A DNA stretch of 64,000 nucleotides from NCBI GenBank assembly GCA_964526695.1, contig CAZGJA010000089.1:52694-116693 (forward strand), written 5' to 3'. Positions 48,011-57,059 of the stretch are shown here, piece by piece. The notes below the pieces were generated by a model. It was given only the letters and a program-made list of their open reading frames with translations. It was not told the DNA's origin and did no database searches. The position numbers were made by a program, and so were the translations under genes. Position 1 is the stretch's first letter; each line of letters begins with the position of its first letter. This DNA comes from an uncultured Phycisphaeraceae bacterium. GTDB taxonomy: Bacteria > Planctomycetota > Phycisphaerae > UBA1845.

Positions 48011-48586
48011 ATGCGTCGATCCGCCATCATCTTTGATCTGGACGGCACGATCACGAGGCCCGTGCTGGACTTCGACCTGATGCGCCGGGAAATCGGCATC
48101 GCTTCCGGGCCGATTCTCGAAGCGCTGGATCGGATGACGCCGGGCGACCGCGCGCAGGCCGAGCAGGTGCTGGAGCGGCACGAGCGCGAAGCGGCGGAGA
48201 ACTCGGTCCTGTACGAAGGAGCGGTCGAGGTCGTGGCGTGGCTGCGCGATCGCGGCTGCCCCGTGGCGATTCTGACGCGCAATGCGCGGCGCTGGGTGGA
48301 CGTCGTGCTCACGAAGCATGCCATCGAGGTGGATGCCATCCGCACGCGCGAGGACGGGGCGATCAAGCCGTCGGCCGCTCCCGTGCTCGCCCTCTGCGCG
48401 CAGCTCGGCGCCGCGCCCGCGGAGAGCTGGATGATCGGCGACTACCTTTTCGACCTTCAGTCCGGTCGCCAGGCCGGGACGCGCACGGTGCTGATGATCG
48501 GCGACAGCCCGGCGCCGGCGTTCGCGGGGGAGGCGGATCATGTGATTCGCAACTTGCGGGAGCTGCTGGAACTGCTTCGGCGATGA
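48011..48586 (+). CDS. HAD family hydrolase
   Basis: IIFDLDGTIT motif I, ILTRN motif II, and a C-terminal GDYLFDLQSGRQAG motif. Start trimmed to ATG 48011. Confidence 0.85.
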   Translation: MRRSAIIFDLDGTITRPVLDFDLMRREIGIASGPILEALDRMTPGDRAQAEQVLERHEREAAENSVLYEGAVEVVAWLRDRGCPVAILTRNARRWVDVVLTKHAIEVDAIRTREDGAIKPSAAPVLALCAQLGAAPAESWMIGDYLFDLQSGRQAGTRTVLMIGDSPAPAFAGEADHVIRNLRELLELLRR

Positions 48587-48894
48587 ATAGCGCGCCGCGC
48601 GGTCGACAGCCGGCGGCGGCGAGAGTCGTCGCGGCGCTGGCGTCCATCGGCGATGGCCCTATCGTTGCGGTGGCGGCTGTGGACCTTGCGGACTACGCGG
48701 CTCGAAAACGCTGGCCTGGCGAGAGGGGGATGGGCGTCCTTTCGATCCTGCTCGGCCCTTCCAGCAGGAACGCGCAGCCGCCACTGGACAACGCCCTTTC
48801 CACCTGCCTCGCTCCCGAGGCGCATCCTCCACCTTACGGGAGCGAGCGTTCTGCGATAGCCTTTGGACGGTTTGCAACGGAAAGGCTGCCGGGC

Positions 48895-50325
48895 ATGACG
48901 AATGTGGACGTTTATCAGTCGCCGCTGGTGGCGCGGAATGCTTCGCGCGAGATGGCGGAGATGTTCGGCGCTCGGCGGCGGATTCTGACGTGGCGGCGGC
49001 TTTGGCTGGCGATCGCGGTCGCGCAGCGGCGGCTGGGACTGGCCGTCAGCGACGCGCAGATTCGTCAGCTCGAATCGACGCTGGAGCAGATCGACTTTGA
49101 CGCGGCGGCGCGGCATGAGAAAAAGCTGCGGCACGACGTGATGGCCCATCTGCACGCCTGGGGCGATGTCGCGCCCGACGCGCGCGGCATTCTCCACGTC
49201 GGCTGCACCAGCGCGACGATCGTGGACAACGCCGACCTCGTGCTGATGCGCGACGCGATGATCCACCTGGCCGGGTGGCTGGCGAACGGGGTGGACGCGC
49301 TGGGCGGCTTTGCGGTGGAGCATCGCTCGCTGCCCACGCTGGGCTACACGCATTACCAGGCGGCGCAGGTCACGACCGTCGGCAAGCGCGCGGCCACGTG
49401 GTGCTGGGATTTCGCGCGGGATTTGAGCGAAATCGAGCATCGGCTGGCGTCGCTGCGGTTTCGCGGGATCAAGGGCACCACGGGGACGCAGGCGAGCTTC
49501 CTGACGCTCTTCGGCGGCGACGATGCCAAGGTTCTGGCACTGGAGCGCGAGGTGGCCGGCGCGTTCGGATTTGACCAGATCGAACCGGTCACCGGTCAGA
49601 CGTATTCTCGCAAGGTGGACGCCGAGGTCATCTCGACGCTGGCGGGGATCGCGGCGAGCGTGCACAAGTTCGCCAATGACGTCCGGCTGCTGGCGAACCT
49701 CAAGGAGATCGAGGAGCCGTTCGAGACGTCGCAGGTCGGCAGCAGTGCGATGGCGTATAAGCGCAACCCCATGCGCTGCGAGCGGGCGACGGGCCTGGCG
49801 CGGTTCGTCATCTCGCTGGCGCAGTCGCCGCTCGCCACCGCGGCCGAGCAGTGGCTGGAGCGCACGCTGGACGATTCGTCCAACAAGCGGCTGAGCATTC
49901 CCGAGGCGTTTCTGGCGACGGACGGGATGCTGCGCATCGTCACCAACGTGGCGCGGGGGCTGGTGGTGTATCCGCGCGTGATCGAGACGCATCTCCGCGC
50001 GGAGCTGCCGTTCATGGCGACGGAGGAGATTCTGATGGCCGGCGTGCAGGCGGGCGGGGACCGGCAGGCGCTCCACGAGCGGATTCGCGTGCACTCGCAC
50101 GAGGCCGCCCGGCGCGTGAAGCTCGAAGGTCGGGAGAACGACTTGTTGGATCGCCTGCGGGGCGATGCGGCGTTTGCGAAGTGCGACATCGACGACGCGC
50201 TCGACCCGGCGCGCTACGTCGGAAGAGCGCCGCGGCAGGTCGAGGAGTTCGTCGCGGAATTCGTCGAGCCTGTGCGAAGGCAATACGCGTCCGTGCTGGG
50301 CCGAGCGGCTGATCTGGATGTGTGA
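48895..50325 (+). CDS. purB: adenylosuccinate lyase
   Basis: Fumarate-lyase family blocks (GYTHYQAAQVTTVGKR, GSSAMAYKRNPMRCE). Start trimmed to ATG 48895 (MTNVDVYQSPL). Confidence 0.92.
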   Translation: MTNVDVYQSPLVARNASREMAEMFGARRRILTWRRLWLAIAVAQRRLGLAVSDAQIRQLESTLEQIDFDAAARHEKKLRHDVMAHLHAWGDVAPDARGILHVGCTSATIVDNADLVLMRDAMIHLAGWLANGVDALGGFAVEHRSLPTLGYTHYQAAQVTTVGKRAATWCWDFARDLSEIEHRLASLRFRGIKGTTGTQASFLTLFGGDDAKVLALEREVAGAFGFDQIEPVTGQTYSRKVDAEVISTLAGIAASVHKFANDVRLLANLKEIEEPFETSQVGSSAMAYKRNPMRCERATGLARFVISLAQSPLATAAEQWLERTLDDSSNKRLSIPEAFLATDGMLRIVTNVARGLVVYPRVIETHLRAELPFMATEEILMAGVQAGGDRQALHERIRVHSHEAARRVKLEGRENDLLDRLRGDAAFAKCDIDDALDPARYVGRAPRQVEEFVAEFVEPVRRQYASVLGRAADLDV

Positions 50326-50333
50326 CAGGAGTT

Positions 50334-50530
50334 ATCCGCAGATTACGCAGATTTCGCAGATTGGGTTTTTGGGAAGTTGTGGAGCTTGCTGAGAGCGGAT
50401 GCAGACGGCGGTGCAGATGCTGGTTGAAACCCCAGGCCACATTTCGTGTTTCCGGGCCGGCGTCGGACAAGGGCTTTCTGCAACCCGGGTTTCTTTGCAT
50501 TCATCTGCGCAATCTGCGTAATCTGTGGAT
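50334..50530. mobile_element. MITE-like element, 197 bp, with 28-bp terminal inverted repeats
   Basis: Left end is atccgcagattacgcagatttcgcagat. The reverse complement of the right end is atccacagattacgcagattgcgcagat (26/28 identical). No ORF inside. Lies in the purB-pyrE spacer. Confidence 0.45.
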
Positions 50531-50573
50531 GACATTCTTCTTTTTATGAGTTTCCCGGAGCGGGGATTATTTC

Positions 50574-51098
50574 ATGACTCGGACTGAACTGGCCTCGCGG
50601 ATCAAGGAGGCGGCGTATCTGGAGGGTGATTTCACGCTGCGCTCCGGGCGCAAGAGCAAGTATTACCTCGACAAGTATTTGTTCGAGACACAGCCGGACA
50701 TTCTTGCGGCGCTGGGGGAGCTATTCGCCGGGCACGTCGCGGCTACGACGACGCTGATCGCGGGCGCGGAGCTGGGGGGCGTGGCGCTGGCGGCGTCCGC
50801 GGCGATGGCGGCGGCCAAGCCGTTCGTCATCATCCGCAACGCGAAGAAGGACTACGGGACGCAGAAGATGTTCGAGGGCCGGCTCGTGGCGGGAGATCGC
50901 GTGCTGCTGGTCGAGGACATCGCCACCACCGGCGGACAGGTGCTCGAAGCGGCGAAGGTCATCGCCGGCGTCGGCGCGAAGGTGGAGCGCATCGTCGCGG
51001 TGATTGATCGCCGTGAAGGCGCTCGGGAGAACATCGAAGGCGCGGGCTTCGTGTTCGAGTCGCTGTTTACGACGGCGGATTTGGGAATCGGTTCGTAG
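50574..51098 (+). CDS. pyrE: orotate phosphoribosyltransferase
   Basis: GDFTLRSGRKSKYYLD and the PRPP-binding loop VLLVEDIATTGGQ. Confidence 0.92.
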   Translation: MTRTELASRIKEAAYLEGDFTLRSGRKSKYYLDKYLFETQPDILAALGELFAGHVAATTTLIAGAELGGVALAASAAMAAAKPFVIIRNAKKDYGTQKMFEGRLVAGDRVLLVEDIATTGGQVLEAAKVIAGVGAKVERIVAVIDRREGARENIEGAGFVFESLFTTADLGIGS

Positions 51099-51220
51099 GC
51101 GCAGAGTTGTGGTTCTCACCCTGAAGCGGCGGGCGAAGCCCGCGCGACGGAGATTCTCCGTGCCCATGACGTTTCGCCGGACCCGCCCGGCGCCTCGGAC
51201 CCGCGACCTCTCGCCCGCCT

Positions 51221-52336
51221 CTACAGATTCTCTCCGGCAAAGAACGCCAGCGCCATGCGGTCGGCCATGGCGGGGTTGGAGAAGATCATCGGCAGCAGGT
51301 AGTGCATGTCGGTATTGGGCGGCGAGAGATAAGCGGCCATTTCGGCTCTCCATCGCGTTTCATACGTCATCAGCACGTCCTGCGGGCGCGGGGCGGCGGA
51401 CGCTTCCAGCAGCACGTCCGCGGCGATGCGCGCCGACCACATCGCCGGGTACAACCCCTCGTGGCTCAGCGCCGCCACGAAGCCGCCCGCGTCGCCGGCG
51501 ACCAGCGCGTTCTTGCTGACGTGCGTGTCCATCTCCAACGCGAACGAGGCGGGGGAAAAGGTGATCTCCGCGGAGGCGGCCGGCGCGGACAGGTCCACGG
51601 GAAAGAGCTGCTTCTCAAAGAGCTTGCGGCAGAGCTGAACGAACATCGGGCGGACCTGCGGCTTGTCGCCGGACCAGTTGAGCGTCACGCCGCACCCCGC
51701 GGGCGAGCGCACCAGCAGCGCGAAGCTGCCCTCGCGGTCCAGCCCAAGCACCACGCCGACGCTGCCTTCATCGGCCGCGCCGTCCACGGTAAACGCCGTG
51801 CCCAGCCACACCGGTCGCGTGGCCGGCGAGCGCGAGAACTTGAGCCGATCGAGCCACGGCGTGCCGCGCCCGGCCGCCAGCAGCAGGAACCTGCCGACCA
51901 CCGCCTCCGCCGCGCCGCGATGCACAACGACCCGATCCTCCAGCGGCTCGATCGCGCTGATCTCATGTCCGACGTGCAGAGCAGCGCCGGCCTGCGTCGC
52001 CGCATCGACAAGCGCATTGTCGAATCGCGTGCGATCGACGAGGAAACCGATGGAGTCCTTCAGCCGCGGCGAGGACGATTTCGTCAGGTCGGCGTTATGG
52101 AACGTCACCTGCTGGAAGGGATGGGCGAGCACGTCGTCCAGCGGGGCTTTCAGCTCGTCCAGGAGCGGGCGGGCTTTGAGGTTAAGCCAACCGGCGCCGG
52201 TGGCCGCGCGCGGAAAGCCGGCGCGATCCACGAGCGCCACGCGCTTCCCCGCTCGCGCGAGCTTGATTGCTGCGGCCGCCCCTGCCGGACCAGCCCCGGC
52301 GATCACCATGTCAAATTCGCGCGCGTTCATGGGCAT
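51221..52336 (-). CDS. FAD-dependent oxidoreductase (geranylgeranyl reductase-like)
   Basis: FDMVIAGAGPAGAAAAIKLARAGKRVALVDR dinucleotide-binding motif. Confidence 0.8.
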   Translation of the reverse strand: MPMNAREFDMVIAGAGPAGAAAAIKLARAGKRVALVDRAGFPRAATGAGWLNLKARPLLDELKAPLDDVLAHPFQQVTFHNADLTKSSSPRLKDSIGFLVDRTRFDNALVDAATQAGAALHVGHEISAIEPLEDRVVVHRGAAEAVVGRFLLLAAGRGTPWLDRLKFSRSPATRPVWLGTAFTVDGAADEGSVGVVLGLDREGSFALLVRSPAGCGVTLNWSGDKPQVRPMFVQLCRKLFEKQLFPVDLSAPAASAEITFSPASFALEMDTHVSKNALVAGDAGGFVAALSHEGLYPAMWSARIAADVLLEASAAPRPQDVLMTYETRWRAEMAAYLSPPNTDMHYLLPMIFSNPAMADRMALAFFAGENL

Positions 52337-52598
52337 ATCATACCCTGACGGGGCAAGTCATGCGTGGGACCGGTTCTCCACAGAATCGGATCATCGGCGG
52401 GCATAGCCCGCCCTGCGTGCGAATGGGCTCGTCGATGGTGTCCTAACGTACTGCCTCTTTGAAACTGCAACGAATTCGAAACGGAGGGGGGCGGGCCTCT
52501 GGCCCGCCGGCGGGCGAGGACGCCCGCCCCCCCAAGCTCGCCGCCCCCAAGACTGAACGCCGTGATACTTGAGAGGCACTACCCTGGCTCGCTGCTGC

Positions 52599-53936
52599 TC
52601 ATTCCTTACTGAGTCGATCCCACAGCGCGCTCCGCGTGGCGCCCAGTTGATCGTAGGCCTTCTGCAATTCCTGCCGCAAGGCCTGCATCACCGGGTCGTC
52701 CGGCATGACCGCCGTCGCGCCGGCCTCGACCAGTCCCTCCACGCGGGCGAGCGCGTCGTTGATCCTCCCGGACGCCTCCGCGAACTCGCGCGAGGCGTCG
52801 AAGATGAAGCTCTCCTTCTCGGCCTGCGGCGAGGGCCGGTAGAGCAGGCGCCAGGGGTTGCGCTTCAGGTCCTTGCCGGTCTGGGCCAGGTGGTCGCTCA
52901 TGATGCGGAGGTTGTTCAGCGTGGCGTCGATGTTGGGCTTGTTGAGCACGACGCGCTCGCGCATGGCGTCGGCGAGAACCTCGACGTCCGCCATCGCGGC
53001 GTTGAGCTTGCCGGCCAGTTGATGCACCTCCGCCAGCAGGCTCATGCCGTCGTCGCGATTCAGCTCTCCGGCAATCGGTTCGAGCACGCGCAGCGCGAGC
53101 GTTTCCGAGGACTGGCGCACATGCCCCATCGTCGCGCGCACGTCCGGGCGGTTTTCCTGCAGAATGCCCGTGACTTCCGACAGCGCGAGGTTCAACTCGT
53201 CGATGCCCAGGCCCAGCCGCGCCGCCAGCGAGGCGTCGTTCGTCGTCTCCGTCTGCTCGCGGATGTTGGCGGCGATGGCGGTGACGTGCTCGACGGTGAC
53301 CTGCAGGCGGGCCATCAGGGCGTCGCGCTGCTGCGTGTCGGTCTGCTCACGGACGTTGCGCATGGCAAGCGCCAGGTCGAAGACGGTCTGACGCAGCGCG
53401 GAGATCAGCGAATCCGCCCGGGTCTCGTCGAACTGCGTCTTGATCCGCGCCAGCAGGCTGTCGGGGACGCCGGCATCCAGCTCGCCGGCCAACCTGGAGA
53501 ACTGCGCCGTCAGCCCGCCCACGTCTCCGGTAAGCGGCGTGCTCGTCGTGGCCTTCTCAGGGGAGGTGCCGCGCGTGCGAATCTCCAGCGTGCCCGGTCC
53601 GCCCAGCAACGGACCGACGGCCACGACTTTGCAATCCCGCCGGACATCCAGCGATTTCTCGACCTGCACGCGCACGGCCGTGACCGGCGCGCGATTCACC
53701 GCCGCGTCCCCTTCGACGATTCCGACGGAGGAGATGCGCCCCACGTCGCGTCCGCCGTAACGCACCGCGGAGCCGGGCTTCAGCAACGGCAGCGGCGAAT
53801 CGGCCGGGAAGTGAACCACCAGATCCTCGCCGCCGCGAAGGGCGCCCTTGCCGATAAAGACAGTGAACGCCACGGCCAGCGCCAGCATGACGATGACCGT
53901 CAATCCCAGTTTGAAGTGTTCACGCTCTTTGGCCAT
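52599..53936 (-). CDS. MlaD/MCE family protein with a long helical C-terminal extension
   Basis: N-terminal TM helix plus an MCE domain (LKPGSAVRYGGRDVGRISSV). Lies downstream of the mlaE and mlaF homologues. Confidence 0.8.
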   Translation of the reverse strand: MAKEREHFKLGLTVIVMLALAVAFTVFIGKGALRGGEDLVVHFPADSPLPLLKPGSAVRYGGRDVGRISSVGIVEGDAAVNRAPVTAVRVQVEKSLDVRRDCKVVAVGPLLGGPGTLEIRTRGTSPEKATTSTPLTGDVGGLTAQFSRLAGELDAGVPDSLLARIKTQFDETRADSLISALRQTVFDLALAMRNVREQTDTQQRDALMARLQVTVEHVTAIAANIREQTETTNDASLAARLGLGIDELNLALSEVTGILQENRPDVRATMGHVRQSSETLALRVLEPIAGELNRDDGMSLLAEVHQLAGKLNAAMADVEVLADAMRERVVLNKPNIDATLNNLRIMSDHLAQTGKDLKRNPWRLLYRPSPQAEKESFIFDASREFAEASGRINDALARVEGLVEAGATAVMPDDPVMQALRQELQKAYDQLGATRSALWDRLSKE

Positions 53937-53949
53937 GGTCCGTTCATCT

Positions 53950-54162
53950 AACTCCCCTCCCTCGCAGGGAGGGGCTGGGGGAGCGTCACGATACCCGAAT
54001 CAGGCCGGGCCGTGTTGAGTCCCGCTTCTTCGACTCCGCCTCTTCGACTCTACCTCACGTGGTCGGGTGGCACGGGTCCGCAGCAGCGGACCCGTGTTGC
54101 CTCCGGGCAAACTCCCGCTTCCGATACTCCACGGCCTGTTCCCGCCTGCGCGGGAATGACGG
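53950..54162. repeat. three different hairpin-repeat types in the mlaF-mlaD spacer
   Basis: ctcccctccctcgcagggaggggctggggga; gggtggcacgggtccgcagcagcggacccgtg (54065-54096); ctgttcccgcctgcgcgggaatgacgg (54136-54162). Confidence 0.8.
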
Positions 54163-54210
54163 AATACGCCATACCGTGCCACCCGTGCGCCGTTCGCCGC
54201 GCCTGCATGT

Positions 54211-55077
54211 CTATCCCTGAATGATCAACTTCTCAAACATACTCAATCCGTCGCGATCCGTCAGCGGGCCAGTGCTGGCGCCGTTGAGGAACTGGTGCAG
54301 GAGCTGGTCCGCGTCGTCGCGGAGCGTGGCCGGATCGGCGTCGCGGAGCTGCTCGAAATCCTCGCGCTTTCCGATCCGCAGGACCCGCCCTTTCTCCAGC
54401 ATCACCATCCGGTCGGCGATGCGAAAAGCCGAGTCCATCTCGTGCGTCACCACCACGCTGGTGACGTGGAGCTTCTTGGAAAAGTCCATCATCAGCTCGT
54501 CGATGGCGGCCGAGGTGACCGGGTCCAGCCCGGCGCTGGGCTCGTCGTAAAAGAGGATTTCCGGATCGAGCGCTGTGGCCCGCGCCAGCCCGGCGCGTTT
54601 CTTCTGTCCGCCGGAAAGCTGGGAGGGCATCTTGTCGCGGTGGGGCAGCATCTTCACCTGCTGAAGCTTGAGCGTCACGATGATGTCGATCACGGCGGGA
54701 TCGACGGAGGTGTGCTCGCGCAGCGGCAAGGCCACGTTCTGCGCCACGGTGAGCGAATTGAACAGCGCCCCGCTCTGGAACAGGATGCCGAAGCGCTGGC
54801 GGATGCGGTCCAGCTCGACCTCGTCCACGGCGGCAAGATCGCGCGCATGGTCCATGTCGCTGGTGTGGTAGGCGATGGAGCCGCCGTCGATGCGGTATTC
54901 GCCGATGAGGCAGTTCAGCAGCGTGCTCTTGCCGCAGCCGCTGCCGCCCATGATGACCAGCGTCTCGCCGCGGAAGATGTCAAACGACACGCCGTCGAGC
55001 ACGCGCACGTCCTCGCCGTCGCGGTCGGGGAACGACTTGACGACGTCGCGGATCGAGATGACGACGGTGGAATCCAT
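54211..55077 (-). CDS. mlaF: ABC transporter ATP-binding protein (MlaF-like)
   Basis: Walker A GGSGCGKST, signature LSGGQKKRAGLARA, Walker B ILFYDEP. Confidence 0.9.
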   Translation of the reverse strand: MDSTVVISIRDVVKSFPDRDGEDVRVLDGVSFDIFRGETLVIMGGSGCGKSTLLNCLIGEYRIDGGSIAYHTSDMDHARDLAAVDEVELDRIRQRFGILFQSGALFNSLTVAQNVALPLREHTSVDPAVIDIIVTLKLQQVKMLPHRDKMPSQLSGGQKKRAGLARATALDPEILFYDEPSAGLDPVTSAAIDELMMDFSKKLHVTSVVVTHEMDSAFRIADRMVMLEKGRVLRIGKREDFEQLRDADPATLRDDADQLLHQFLNGASTGPLTDRDGLSMFEKLIIQG

Positions 55078-55165
55078 GAAGAAGCTGCTGGCTGCTAGCT
55101 CTTAGCTGCTCGCCAGAACGGTGGGCAAGCACACTTCCGGGCGATGCTGACGGTAAATCCGCGCA

Positions 55166-56020
55166 TCATATCTTGAACACGTAGAACACGATGGTGAACA
55201 CGACATCGACGGCGATCAGCGACACGATGCTCTTGACGACCGTCGCGGTGGTGGCGCGGCCCACGCCTTCGGCGCCGCCCCGGACGTTGAAGCCCTCGTA
55301 GCACGCGATCATGGAGATGGTCACGCCGAAGACGGCGGCCTTGGCAAGCCCGCCGTAAAAGTCCGACAGCTTCAGCGCCTGCCGCGTGAACTCGACGTAC
55401 ACCTCGGCGCCGAGATCGAGCACGAAGACGGCCGTAATCATCCCGCCGAGCACGCCGACGAGGTCGGCGATGACCGACAGCCCCGTGAGCATGACGACGG
55501 TGGCGACGAAGCGCGGGACGACGAGGAAGCGGACAGGGTTCATGGCGTGGGCGCGGAGGGCCTTGATTTCCTCGCCCTCGACCATCGAGCCGATTTCCGC
55601 GGCGATCGACGCCCCCGCGAAGCCGCTGAGCACGATCGCCGTGATGAGCGGACCCAGCTCGCGCACGACGGCGATGCCCACGACGTCGGCGACGCGCTCG
55701 AGCTGCCCGTACTGCTGGAGCGTGGGCGCCATCTGCAGGGCGATGATGATGCCGATGAAGATCTGCACGAGGACGACGATGCCGATGCTGCGCACGCCGA
55801 CGCGGACCATCTGTTGTAGGAGCGTGGCCCGTCCCAGCCGGCCGCGCGGGCGGATGACGCCTTCGACGCACCAGTGCAGCGTCTCGCGCAGGAGGTCCAC
55901 CAGCCCGCCGAACGTGGTGATGGAATCGCGCGCGAAGCGCCACTGCGCGTCCGCGAACCGACCGACGGAAGACACCGCGCGATGCAGCGCGGATCGACCT
56001 TCGTGCGGCGTGTCGGTCAT
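55166..56020 (-). CDS. mlaE: MlaE family ABC transporter permease
   Basis: 284-aa polytopic protein with family blocks (LGPLITAIVLSGFAGASIAAEIGSM, GGAEGVGRATTATVV). Confidence 0.9.
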   Translation of the reverse strand: MTDTPHEGRSALHRAVSSVGRFADAQWRFARDSITTFGGLVDLLRETLHWCVEGVIRPRGRLGRATLLQQMVRVGVRSIGIVVLVQIFIGIIIALQMAPTLQQYGQLERVADVVGIAVVRELGPLITAIVLSGFAGASIAAEIGSMVEGEEIKALRAHAMNPVRFLVVPRFVATVVMLTGLSVIADLVGVLGGMITAVFVLDLGAEVYVEFTRQALKLSDFYGGLAKAAVFGVTISMIACYEGFNVRGGAEGVGRATTATVVKSIVSLIAVDVVFTIVFYVFKI

Positions 56021-56355
56021 GGAGCGGGAGCCTCCTCTTCGCCGTCCACAATGGTGAAGAAGCGATCGAGCCGTGTGACCTCAAAGACGCCGCGGACTCG
56101 CGCATTGGGGCCCATGAGCGTAAGCTTGCCGGAATACGACTTCACGCGCCGCGCGATTTCAACCAGTGTGCCGACGCCGGACGAGTCGAGGTACGACACC
56201 GCGGCGAGCTGGAGCACCATGTGCACGGGCTTTTCGTTGCACAGCTCGATCATTGACTTGTGAAAGTCGGGGGAGCGGGACATGTCGATCTTGCCCGCCA
56301 GCCGGACAACGACCGTGTCGCCCTGGCGGTCAATGGATGTAATGACTTTGCTCAT
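56017..56355 (-). CDS. STAS domain protein (MlaB / anti-sigma antagonist-like)
   Basis: 112 aa. VSYLDSSGVGTLVEIARR, a typical STAS motif. 4-nt overlap with mlaE. Confidence 0.8.
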   Translation of the reverse strand: MSKVITSIDRQGDTVVVRLAGKIDMSRSPDFHKSMIELCNEKPVHMVLQLAAVSYLDSSGVGTLVEIARRVKSYSGKLTLMGPNARVRGVFEVTRLDRFFTIVDGEEEAPAP

Positions 56356-56692
56356 CGTCTGTTGAAGCCGATTCCGCCAGCCGCCGTCGCCATTGATCCG
56401 CCACCGCGGCGCGCCTCGTCGCCGGCCAGTCCGCTTCGAACTCGATCGCCTGCCCGGTCAGCCGCCGCAGCCCCTCGGCCGCGAGCATGCGCACGGCCGG
56501 GTCTTCATCCTCCAGCCGATCCACCAGCAGCGGGGCAAGCGAAACGTCGCCCTGCCGCACGACAGCGGTGACGGCCTTGCCTCGCTGAATCGGATCCACA
56601 TCCTCCAGCGCCGGCGTGCCCCGCACCGGCTGCGTTGAGGCGCACCCTGCGGCGCCTGCCATGCCGAGCGCGATGGCGCCAAGCCGGAGCAT
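56330..56692 (-). CDS. HEAT-repeat lipoprotein (putative)
   Basis: Lipobox-like MLRLGAIALGMAGAAGC. HEAT-like motif LAPLLVDRLEDEDPAVRMLAAEGLRRL. The start choice is tentative. Confidence 0.55.
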   Translation of the reverse strand: MLRLGAIALGMAGAAGCASTQPVRGTPALEDVDPIQRGKAVTAVVRQGDVSLAPLLVDRLEDEDPAVRMLAAEGLRRLTGQAIEFEADWPATRRAAVADQWRRRLAESASTDDEQSHYIH

Positions 56693-56907
56693 CGCCGCTT
56701 CGTACGATCCACGTCGTCGATTGGCAGAGCGGCTGCAGACTGTCATACTGCGTCACCGAGCCTGCCCAGCCGTCCCTGTCGCGGTCTGCGGCACGGGCAG
56801 ATTATAAAGACCCGGCGTGGTACGCGAAAGCCTCTTTGTGGTCTGAGCCAAAGCAGCGGGGGCGGGCGGTATCGTGTCCCCGGTCCGGCAGCATGGCGGC
56901 ACCGGTC

Positions 56908-57004
56908 GGGTGGCACGGTCTGGCGTACTCGCCAGGCCGTGGGAGTATGGGAATCAGCGTGCTCCACTTGCCGCACGGGTCCGCTGCTGCGGATCCGTGC
57001 CACT
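56908..57004 (+). repeat. REPIN/MITE-like doublet, 97 bp
   Basis: gggtggcacggtctggcgtactcgccaggccgtggg ... cacgggtccgctgctgcggatccgtgccact. Confidence 0.85.
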
Positions 57005-57059
57005 CGACGCGAACGCGACCCGGCAGAGGTGGCGCCGTGACGCGCTCCGCTTGAACGGA

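Noticed and set aside
44822-48541. 1239-aa ORF on the minus strand, the longest in the track
   Set aside because: It is antisense to the M29 aminopeptidase start region, the metalloprotease-like gene and the HAD gene. Its translation is R/A/P/G-rich with no motifs. The plus-strand products have signal peptides, HExxH and HAD motifs and a GC3-rich codon pattern. This is a typical high-GC shadow ORF.
50334-50530. DnaA-box-like strings in the MITE-like termini (TTATCCGCA at the left end, TCATCCACA at the right end) considered as an origin
   Set aside because: The matches are part of a reiterated GCAGAT motif. They lie about 8 kb from dnaA, with no AT-rich unwinding element nearby. They are more simply the TIRs of a repeat element.
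51128-51142. gcgggc-gaa-gcccgc hairpin between the convergent pyrE and oxidoreductase genes, considered as a bidirectional terminator
   Set aside because: There is no flanking T or A run on either side. The sequence resembles the GAAGCC-type REP units, so terminator function cannot be supported from sequence alone.
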